11,847 bases of DNA from Bdellovibrionota bacterium (GTDB lineage: Bacteria; Bdellovibrionota_C; UBA2361; JBGSMV01). The notes beneath the pieces are model-generated. The model saw nothing but the letters and a program-made list of their open reading frames with translations, was not told where the DNA came from and made no database searches. Numbering within the stretch: the stretch's first letter is position 1; each line of letters begins with the position of its first letter. Shown here one piece after another: positions 1 to 7,005 of the stretch. The stretch spans positions 1 to 11,847 of the forward strand of contig JBIKWF010000124.1 of NCBI GenBank assembly GCA_044356455.1, read 5' to 3'. Position numbers and translations under genes: made by a program.

Positions 1-2
1 TG

Positions 3-896
3 CAAAAAAACGTCTCTACCGATACGCCACTAAATCATGGCCAGCTTGATAGATTAGCGGGAGGATACGCGAATTTTCGGCAGTCTCTTCGGGAGCTGAT
101 TGATTCCCCTCAAGTAAGTGCTCCCGAGGCACTCGACAATATCGCACAGAACTCATTATCAACAGCTTCAGTATCACGAGGGAAAGCGGCTCGAGTAACT
201 CAAAAGACCGAGCTCAAGTCTCGGCTCAAATCTCCGTCCGATTCTCAGAGACCAGCCCCGCGAAAGAATTCTCGGGCAGCGCCCAGCTCCACAGAACCAA
301 AGACACGCCAGGAATCAAAGGCGCAGGAACCCCTTGCAACCTCACCCTCGAGGCCAACTCTTGTGCGTACCGGTCCGCTCGCCCCCACCACCGAACGAGG
401 GCAATCTATACAAAGGGAGTCCCTCGGGACGCCATTACGAGCCCCCCTGCCCCCTCCTTACTCCCCTTCTCTAAGTAGCCATAGCCCAGCTCGGAATGAA
501 AAGGCGACGCCGCTTAGCTGGAGCACTCCCAGTACCCCACAGGCTCTTGTGGCAGCAGAAAGCACGCCAACTAAGAGATTACCTCCCCTCACCCCCGCTT
601 CTCATGCTTCACTAACAAAGGCATGCAACAAACTACGAGTTCTGAGGCAGTCGAGCCTTTCTCCCTCCGATAAGTCCGCGCCCACAGAGGAGTTCCCGGA
701 ACATTTGCGCCAACAAGTAGGAGATATGGCAGCACGACTCATCGCGGCAAAGAACCTTCCGCAGGACATGAGAGGCCCCTGTTCGGTCATTGCAGCCTCC
801 CTTGAAATGCTGCTTACCGCCTTTTCTTCTGGGCAAGTACCAGTCGGAATGAACCAAGAGCTTGCCGAGATTCTTGGCATTATTGAACCCGCCTAA
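3..896 (+). CDS. 5'-partial hypothetical protein with a long Pro/Ser/Thr-rich low-complexity region and a short helical C-terminal domain
   Basis: The frame of the 363..896 ORF has no stop from position 3 (QKNVSTDTPLNHGQLDRLAGGYANFRQSLRELIDSPQ...), so the gene starts upstream of the window and GTG363 is internal. Stop TAA at 894-896. The C-terminus (EHLRQQVGDMAARLIAAK...ELAEILGIIEPA) looks amphipathic and helical. Confidence 0.75.
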   Translation, partial: QKNVSTDTPLNHGQLDRLAGGYANFRQSLRELIDSPQVSAPEALDNIAQNSLSTASVSRGKAARVTQKTELKSRLKSPSDSQRPAPRKNSRAAPSSTEPKTRQESKAQEPLATSPSRPTLVRTGPLAPTTERGQSIQRESLGTPLRAPLPPPYSPSLSSHSPARNEKATPLSWSTPSTPQALVAAESTPTKRLPPLTPASHASLTKACNKLRVLRQSSLSPSDKSAPTEEFPEHLRQQVGDMAARLIAAKNLPQDMRGPCSVIAASLEMLLTAFSSGQVPVGMNQELAEILGIIEPA

Positions 897-912
897 GTCA
901 CACTTCAGTGTC

Positions 913-1881
913 TTACGCTACTTGCGCCGCGGGCCTATTTCGAAACGAAAGGGCACTACCCAAGGCCCCCGCCAAGAGTCCACAAAACATCACCCCCGCC
1001 CCCATGAGCTGCAGAGCCGAGAATGTCTCAGCAAAAAAGAGATATCCCAATGCTGCGCTAAAAAGTGGCTCTGTCATCAACACCAGTGAGATTCTTGCCG
1101 TTTGATTGGAACGATATACCCTGGATAAAAGTAAGGAACTCGTCACCGTAAGAACCGCCCCAATCAGCTGCAAAAGAATCGCAACTCCAAAGGAAGAATT
1201 ATCCGCGCGAGACACAATTGAGGAACCCACCGGAAGCATCGCAACGAATCCACACACTACTCCCGCCATAAGAAGAAAATAGAAACACAACTCAGCATCG
1301 CGCACGTCACTTGAGTGGCTACGCCTCGTCGTTGAAAAAAGCCCGAAAGTGATAGCCGATAAAAGAGCAAGTCCTGCCCCAAGCACCGTGGTTCCAGAAA
1401 AAAGATTGCCAACAGTTGCCCCGGAGTCTTCAGTGCCAAGCAGCAAAAGGAGCCCAAGGAGGGCAACCACCATGCCAATCTTTTCTGCGAAACGCATCCT
1501 ATCCCCGAACAAAAGTGCGCCGCAGACCAGCGAAAAAGGCAAGGCACCAATCAAGCTACACACTCCCAAGGGCAACATAAGAGACGAAGCCACAAACGCG
1601 GGAATAGAAACCACATATAAGAGCAATCCACGCCACAGAATTAACCTCCTATCTCTTGGGCCTATCTTCCAAAACGAGCGTATCGACTTCCGCATCACGA
1701 GCCAGAAGATCAGAGCAGCAAGTCCGTTTCGTACGGCTATCTGAGTGTAGACACCCAAGCTCTCCCCACTGAGCCTGGAAAGAACGGTAAAGAGAGTGTA
1801 ATTGAGCGCAAGCGTGAGGACGGCTAAATCGAGAGAAAATGGCTCAACATTCTCCTGTGCGCTTTCTGAAACTATCTGCAT
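913..1881 (-). CDS. DMT superfamily (EamA-like) inner-membrane transporter
   Basis: 322 aa with about 10 hydrophobic segments in two repeats. EamA-type signatures: 'AVRNGLAALIF', 'LPFSLVCGALLFGDRMRFAEKIGMVVALLGLLLL', 'LGAGLALLSAITFGL', 'LMTEPLFSAALGYLFFAETFSALQLMGAGVMFCG'. SD-like AAGGTAGG lies just upstream of ATG1881. Confidence 0.92.
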   Translation of the reverse strand: MQIVSESAQENVEPFSLDLAVLTLALNYTLFTVLSRLSGESLGVYTQIAVRNGLAALIFWLVMRKSIRSFWKIGPRDRRLILWRGLLLYVVSIPAFVASSLMLPLGVCSLIGALPFSLVCGALLFGDRMRFAEKIGMVVALLGLLLLLGTEDSGATVGNLFSGTTVLGAGLALLSAITFGLFSTTRRSHSSDVRDAELCFYFLLMAGVVCGFVAMLPVGSSIVSRADNSSFGVAILLQLIGAVLTVTSSLLLSRVYRSNQTARISLVLMTEPLFSAALGYLFFAETFSALQLMGAGVMFCGLLAGALGSALSFRNRPAAQVA

Positions 1882-1916
1882 ACGTACCTACCTTTTTCTA
1901 AGACGTACTGCAGACA
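1873..1916 (-). promoter_or_regulatory. Imperfect inverted repeat / RNA hairpin sequestering the DMT start codon
   Basis: Minus-strand RNA reads UGUCUGCA-G-UACGU [CUUAGAAAAAGGUAGGU] ACGUA-UGCAGAUA. That is 13 bp with one bulge and one G-U pair. The AUG at 1881 is in the 3' arm and the SD-like sequence is in the loop. Confidence 0.5.
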
Positions 1917-1944
1917 TAGGCATTTATTCCATCTACTCTATTTT

Positions 1945-1958
1945 TGTGCTATAATAGC
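1945..1958. promoter_or_regulatory. Extended -10 promoter (TGTGcTATAAT, + strand) within the dyad GCTAT-A-ATAGC; overlapping TATTAT on the - strand
   Basis: Perfect TATAAT at 1950-1955 preceded by TGTGn at 1945-1949. The minus strand reads TATTAT at 1956-1951. The site lies between the divergent DMT and Lrp genes. Confidence 0.65.
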
Positions 1959-1997
1959 CATGTCGTATTACGCATACCTAAATTTGGTTTACCTGCT

Positions 1998-2999
1998 ATG
2001 ACTTCCGCGTTACGCGCACCTGCTGCACGTCTCTCTACAAAAGAGCGCAAGATCCTCGCCGCGCTCAGTCTGAGTCCCCTATCCGACGGAGCCGCTCTCG
2101 CCAAGATTTTAGGGATGCACACCGCCAATGTGCAGTATTCGCTGCGCTCCCTTCAGGAACGCGAGATCTATTCCATCAGACCCTTCATCAACCAGATGCT
2201 CCTCGGATATGAAGACCTTGCTGTCTTCATGAATCTCGCCGCCATGCGCCCGGAGCGGCGTGAGAAAGTCATGAGCGAGATAGTCACTAGTCCGATGGTA
2301 AGCTGGTGTAGTCAGCTCATCGGAGACTATGAATTAGTGGTGGGTGTTCTCACTACTCGTATTAATGAACTTGCAACGTTCTTTGACTACCTGCGAAAAG
2401 ATGGCGGCGACGTATTCTCTAATCGAGCTATTGTACCGCGCATTGCCTACCACCAGTACATCCGCAAAGGCATAATGCCAACCATACGTGTGCCGGCGCC
2501 ACTCTCGATAACTGATAGCATCAAAGGAGGGCTCTCAAAACCAATCGTGCTAGACGAGCTCGACAAGAAAATCTTGCGAAGCCTTGCCAACGCAAAAGGA
2601 TCAAGTCGCCGCGAGCTTGCGCGAGAACTCTCTATTCCTCCCTCTACCCTTCTGCACCGCATTAGGTCATTAGAGAAATCAAAGCTCATCGCCGGCTACT
2701 TCTTGCAGCTTGATAGCAGGCATCTTGGAATGCAGGACTATCGCCTTCTAGTAGAGTGCCGCTCTCTCACCACTGCCCTGCGAAAGAAACTTGAACTCTG
2801 CTGCAGACAGCACCCCTCGGTGTATTTTCTTGTTGAAGACCTTGGGCCCTATGATTTCGAGATTGGAATCTCGGCTCCCGACCCTTCCGAGGTAGGAAAG
2901 GTGAGCGCGGAAATAACCGCGGTACTGGGCAAATCTCTGCACTCAGTAAAGTCTTTGACTGAAGTTGCGGACCTCAAATGGAGCTTTTTCCCTTGGTAA
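1998..2999 (+). CDS. Lrp/AsnC-family transcriptional regulator, internally duplicated (two HTH + RAM modules)
   Basis: Module 1: 'LSTKERKILAALS...ALAKILGMHTANVQYSLRSLQE...PFINQMLLGY...IGDYELVV'. Module 2: 'LDELDKKILRSLA...RRELARELSIPPSTLLHRIRSLEKSKLIAGY...LGPYDFEI'. ATG1998 is preferred because the TTG1944 start of the ORF track falls inside the -10 element. Confidence 0.9.
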   Translation: MTSALRAPAARLSTKERKILAALSLSPLSDGAALAKILGMHTANVQYSLRSLQEREIYSIRPFINQMLLGYEDLAVFMNLAAMRPERREKVMSEIVTSPMVSWCSQLIGDYELVVGVLTTRINELATFFDYLRKDGGDVFSNRAIVPRIAYHQYIRKGIMPTIRVPAPLSITDSIKGGLSKPIVLDELDKKILRSLANAKGSSRRELARELSIPPSTLLHRIRSLEKSKLIAGYFLQLDSRHLGMQDYRLLVECRSLTTALRKKLELCCRQHPSVYFLVEDLGPYDFEIGISAPDPSEVGKVSAEITAVLGKSLHSVKSLTEVADLKWSFFPW

Positions 3000-3017
3000 C
3001 CTGAAAACCGCAAAACC

Positions 3018-3815
3018 CTAGCTCATCTTAAACACCGGCACCACAAACACCGCAGAATAATCGACTCCCCTAGTTGGCGCACGCACGCTTAGCTGCCACG
3101 AAATCGGCCCGCGAGATATCTGATACCCGGTTTCCGGAGGAAACTTGGGAAGCTCAAAGCAAAACGGAATACCTGAACGCGTACTTACTCCATGGCGAGG
3201 AACCGTTACCGTGCTCTGCCAGTGAATTTCAGTTTTTGAGGTGCGGTTCTTGCCTGTACCCACATGATAGGTCTCTAGACATTGTAACAAGAAGGTGAAG
3301 TCACCTTCGGGGTCGATCTCCATCTTGGTGCTCACGCTGCCTTTAATTCTTTCACCGAGCACCCCAGCCTTACCCGTTACGCGGCACAAAGATTCGCCGT
3401 AGCGAAAGACGCGGATGGTCTCTCGAACGGCAAAGGCAATTATTGGCAGGCCTCCTAGCGCAAAAAGTCCAAGAACGATGAGCCCCCCTGTTTTTATCTG
3501 AGGATTTGAAAGCTGCGTGAAGAAAGAGGCGCCAAAAGTAAGGTTCCAGACCAGCGCAAGAAGCCAAAGAGCACACATAAACAAGCGCCCTTTTGAACGA
3601 ATCTCTCCCCGCGCCCAGGCCCGGTTTGCCGCCACTCGCTCTTCAATCGATGGAATGCTCCCGTCCGAAGTCTGAATCTGTCCCTCGCTGCGCAAGAAGC
3701 GCTCGCGCGAGGCACGGCGAAGAAAATACGTCGCTACCATAAGTGCGACGAACACAATCGTAATGGGAATAATAGGAATCTGCGCTTCTGGTCCAAGCTC
3801 CATCTCAAAGACCAT
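3018..3815 (-). CDS. Hypothetical membrane protein: 3 TM helices plus a C-terminal beta-sandwich-like soluble domain
   Basis: Hydrophobic segments IPIIPITIVFVALMVATYFL, LFMCALWLLALVWNLTFGASFF and GGLIVLGLFALGGLPIIAFAV. The C-terminus has alternating beta-strand patterning (IPFCFELP...ISWQLSVRAP..GVDYSAVFVVPVF). Start is uncertain: ATG3815, ATG3803 or TTG3839. Confidence 0.8.
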   Translation of the reverse strand: MVFEMELGPEAQIPIIPITIVFVALMVATYFLRRASRERFLRSEGQIQTSDGSIPSIEERVAANRAWARGEIRSKGRLFMCALWLLALVWNLTFGASFFTQLSNPQIKTGGLIVLGLFALGGLPIIAFAVRETIRVFRYGESLCRVTGKAGVLGERIKGSVSTKMEIDPEGDFTFLLQCLETYHVGTGKNRTSKTEIHWQSTVTVPRHGVSTRSGIPFCFELPKFPPETGYQISRGPISWQLSVRAPTRGVDYSAVFVVPVFKMS

Positions 3816-3871
3816 AAATTTCAAGGGCAGTCGCGGCAAGTGGGGATTTATAGAGAAGAAATGTCTTTTCC

Positions 3872-3901
3872 TTGACTAAAAGGCGCTCGGCGGAAGATCA
3901 T
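3872..3901 (+). promoter_or_regulatory. Possible sigma70-type promoter TTGACT-N18-GATCAT for the SLOG-Lrp operon
   Basis: -35 TTGACT at 3872-3877 (5/6 match) and -10 GATCAT at 3896-3901 (4/6 match), upstream of ATG3914. Confidence 0.3.
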
Positions 3902-3913
3902 GCCCGCACTCCC

Positions 3914-4387
3914 ATGTCGGTGCACCAACTACTAAAAAAAATCGTCAGTGGCGGCCAAACCGGTGTTGATAGAGCCGCATTCGACATTGCGCTCGAATGC
4001 CACATTCCTATTGGAGGCTTCTGTCCCAAAGGGCGTTTAGCGGAAGATGGAATAATCCCCCCAAAGTATGCCGTTACTGAGACGCCGCTTAGCGAGCATT
4101 CCCAGCGCACTCTCTGGAATGTGAGAGATTCCGATGGCACCTTAGTCCTAAGCTCCCTTGAGCCACGCGGGGGAACAGCCCTCACGATTAGGTATGCAAA
4201 AGAGCTTGCGAAGCCTTTTCTCTTACTTCCCCCCACTAAAGGTTCTCTTTCAAGTTTCGCTCACTGGCTCACCACCGAAGGCATCTCAATTCTCAACGTC
4301 GCGGGGCCCCGAGAAAGTGAAGAGCCTGGCGTATATGATGCCACGGCCCAATTTCTAAGGATGTTTTTCTCCAATGGTAGAACATGA
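3914..4387 (+). CDS. SLOG-superfamily protein, cpYpsA / 'putative molybdenum carrier' family
   Basis: Characteristic motifs 'KIVSGGQTGVDRAA', 'GGFCPKGRLAEDG.IP', 'RTLWNVRDSDGTL', 'GGTALT', 'LNVAGPRES'. Start is likely ATG3914; the ORF track uses TTG3872. The stop overlaps the next start (ATGA, 4384-4387). Confidence 0.9.
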   Translation: MSVHQLLKKIVSGGQTGVDRAAFDIALECHIPIGGFCPKGRLAEDGIIPPKYAVTETPLSEHSQRTLWNVRDSDGTLVLSSLEPRGGTALTIRYAKELAKPFLLLPPTKGSLSSFAHWLTTEGISILNVAGPRESEEPGVYDATAQFLRMFFSNGRT

Positions 4388-5361
4388 AGCTAAGCTCTCA
4401 GGAGGAAAGGATTCTTGCCGCCTTGCAGGGGCACGCAGATGAGCCCCCGCGCATCACCGCGCGAGAGCTCTCCCTAACGGAGCACGTCACAAGAAGAGTC
4501 CTCACTCGAAGACTCCAAACGGGCGAGCTCAAAAGAAGAGCCTACATTAATCTTTTTGACTTGGGCCTCCAGCAGTATGCGATTTTTTTCTCAGTCTCTT
4601 CTAAAGCAGTCGGACAAAAATCGAAAATGAGGGAGACGCTCCTTAAAGCCCCATTTGTTGAGCTTCTCATCGAAGTCAGTGGTCGCTTTAACTTTGGTCT
4701 CGTCCTAACCGTACGATCGGTCTTTGACCTTGAGCGCTTCTTTGACTTTGTGACAACAGAGAGCAACCTTGAAATAAGAGACCTGCACCTCCAAGCGCGA
4801 ACTGGCTGGCACTACTTTGGTGTCAAATATCTGAGTAAAGGCATTGCCCCCACCCCGATACAAATTGTGCCATCTGGCAAGGTCCAAGAGCTATCTCGCG
4901 AAGAAATCAAGCTCCTGCACGCCTATGCCGCAAGCTCTGACGGCAACCGCTCCCAAATTGCCAAAGCGCTTGGCGTTCCCGCAACAACTATTCAATATCA
5001 GCTTGAAAAGCTAAGGAAGAGTGGAGTTCTTTTAGGAGTTCGATATCAAGTCTCCTCTGAAATCGCGGGGCATTACCCCTACCGTGTCCTTCTTAGCACA
5101 AGCCACCCCTTGAGCTCTCACCGGATAAAGATATTCAATTGGGCCAAGACCAATCCTCTTGTCGTCTCCATGATGCACGGCGTAGGACCCTGGCAATACG
5201 AACTAAGAATCGAGGCTCCAGGGACATCCGCGGTGAGCTCGCTGGTTGATGATATCTTAGAATCTTTCTCGGACTTTATTGAGAACGCCGAAGTAGTGCC
5301 TGTCGCGAAAGTACTCAAGATGCAACTGGCTCCGGACCTTGGATTATTCACCAAGGGGTAA
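4384..5361 (+). CDS. Second internally duplicated Lrp/AsnC-family transcriptional regulator
   Basis: Module 1: 'LSSQEERILAALQ...TARELSLTEHVTRRVL...YINLFDLGL...SGRFNFGL'. Module 2: 'LSREEIKLLHAY...RSQIAKALGVPATTIQYQLEKLRKSGVLLG...VGPWQYELRIE'. Colinear with, but diverged from, 1998..2999. Confidence 0.9.
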   Translation: MKLSSQEERILAALQGHADEPPRITARELSLTEHVTRRVLTRRLQTGELKRRAYINLFDLGLQQYAIFFSVSSKAVGQKSKMRETLLKAPFVELLIEVSGRFNFGLVLTVRSVFDLERFFDFVTTESNLEIRDLHLQARTGWHYFGVKYLSKGIAPTPIQIVPSGKVQELSREEIKLLHAYAASSDGNRSQIAKALGVPATTIQYQLEKLRKSGVLLGVRYQVSSEIAGHYPYRVLLSTSHPLSSHRIKIFNWAKTNPLVVSMMHGVGPWQYELRIEAPGTSAVSSLVDDILESFSDFIENAEVVPVAKVLKMQLAPDLGLFTKG

Positions 5362-5423
5362 GCGCCCTTTACTTCCACGTCCCAGCCGCGATAGCCGTCT
5401 TTCACTAGTAATAACGAGGCGTT

Positions 5424-6920
5424 ATGCGCCGCAGCTTGTCCCTCGGAGAACACCAAACTCGCTTAGCGAGCAAGGTTCCTTTAAGCTCTAGCAGCTCCTA
5501 CGATACATCCCAAAACGCTATGGACCCTCAAACAGAGACAGTCAGCCCCTCGATGCGGCGTCTTGAGAATCCTCCTCTTGAAACAGAGATCCCTATTCTT
5601 CGGGATCTGCATGGAAAAAAAGAACAGCGAGCAGCCGCAATTGAATGCATTACCAAGAATCCGCATCTCGTAGGACCGCACACGGCCACGTGCCTTGGAA
5701 TTCTTGCACGAAACACCTCGGATGAAGGCGAACGCTTAAAGGTGATTGCCTCTCTTGCGACGTTGAAGTGCGGTCTTTCCCAACTTACCGCCCTTGCCGA
5801 AGATGAACCCTGCGTGAAGTCTTGCGCGGCAGCGCTCTTGGGCGCCCTCAAATATGCCGCCCTGCATAGGCATGAGCTCGCGGCGGTAGGACTAGAGCGG
5901 CTACTCAAGAATCCAGCCCTGCCCGAGAAAGAAGCGGTGAACGTTATAGAGAGTCTTCTTCTCTATTATTCCATAACTCAATCTATATCCGAACAAGGGA
6001 AAGACGCACTCGCCGCCTACGTCCGTCAGCACCCAGAACAAGTCGGGACAAGTGGGCTTTTCAGCGACCGCTTTTTTAACTTAGTGGCAACTATTCAGGG
6101 AGCTGAAGACCTTGTGCTCGCTCTCCTAGAGTGTCCGGCTATGGAGGGCTCGATGGTGGATAACCTCTGTAGGTTATGCACGAGTGATGCGGGGCTGAGA
6201 ATATGCCGACTGATTGCGCTCAACTACCGACTAGCTCCTCAGCGCGAAAACGCGCTTGAGCGCTATTTTCTCTATACCTCACCTAAACAAGTAGCCGAGG
6301 CTCAAGAACTACTAGGAGCCATACTGCAATCTGCACCTGAGATTTGCACTGACAAGACAGCTTCTCTGGCACTTCACTGCTACACATCCCGAACAGAACT
6401 TACGGACACCGGTTATCAGCAGCTAGAAGTTCTTGTGTCCCGAGGCGTGTTGTCCGCTTATTTGCTTCTACATCATCTGAGCGAGAGAAAACGCCCAGGA
6501 GATGCAGAGCGGATGATAGCGTTAGTACATGCAACGCCAGATCCCGCTACCCGAGCACAGAATGCCACGCTCTTGTCAGTTTATTCACGTTTGTTTTCAG
6601 TTCCCTTGATTGAAAAGTATCTCGGGGAAAATCCGCCCTTTGTAATTCAGCCAGAACTTCGCGCCGCTCTAATTCAGCTCCTGCAGGGCATCGCGATTGA
6701 CCACCCGGAGCTGTGCAAAACTGTACGCCCGACCTTACTGCGCGAGCGGCACTCGCCTGACCCGCAAGTCGCCTCGGCTGCTCAACTTGGGGCAGATATA
6801 ACTTCATGGAACCCCCTACGCAGAATTCGAGCTATCTTTGGGATGATTACTAAGCTTCGCTCAAATCTGACGACTTCACGGGAGCCGCGCAGTAATAACC
6901 AAGATATTCGCGGCAGTTAA
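5424..6920 (+). CDS. Hypothetical all-alpha protein with possible HEAT/ARM-like repeats
   Basis: 498-aa Leu/Ala-rich ORF with HEAT-like segments 'KKEQRAAAIECI', 'DEGERLKVIASLATL', 'PDPATRAQNATLL', 'SPDPQVASAAQLG'. GAGG precedes ATG5424; ATG5520 is an alternative start. Confidence 0.75.
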   Translation: MRRSLSLGEHQTRLASKVPLSSSSSYDTSQNAMDPQTETVSPSMRRLENPPLETEIPILRDLHGKKEQRAAAIECITKNPHLVGPHTATCLGILARNTSDEGERLKVIASLATLKCGLSQLTALAEDEPCVKSCAAALLGALKYAALHRHELAAVGLERLLKNPALPEKEAVNVIESLLLYYSITQSISEQGKDALAAYVRQHPEQVGTSGLFSDRFFNLVATIQGAEDLVLALLECPAMEGSMVDNLCRLCTSDAGLRICRLIALNYRLAPQRENALERYFLYTSPKQVAEAQELLGAILQSAPEICTDKTASLALHCYTSRTELTDTGYQQLEVLVSRGVLSAYLLLHHLSERKRPGDAERMIALVHATPDPATRAQNATLLSVYSRLFSVPLIEKYLGENPPFVIQPELRAALIQLLQGIAIDHPELCKTVRPTLLRERHSPDPQVASAAQLGADITSWNPLRRIRAIFGMITKLRSNLTTSREPRSNNQDIRGS

Positions 6921-7005
6921 AGGGTGAAATTGCTTAGCACACACCTTCCAAACTGTTTGCAATAACGCCAAGCGGTTAGCCATTTGTACCAGGGGGCCTT
7001 ACTCT

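Noticed and set aside
1944..1997. N-terminal extension of the first Lrp from TTG1944
   Set aside because: That start overlaps the consensus extended -10 element. ATG1998 fits the domain start and the paralog better.
3914..4387. Literal role in molybdenum cofactor metabolism
   Set aside because: The family name is historical, and there are no moa/moe/mod genes in the window.
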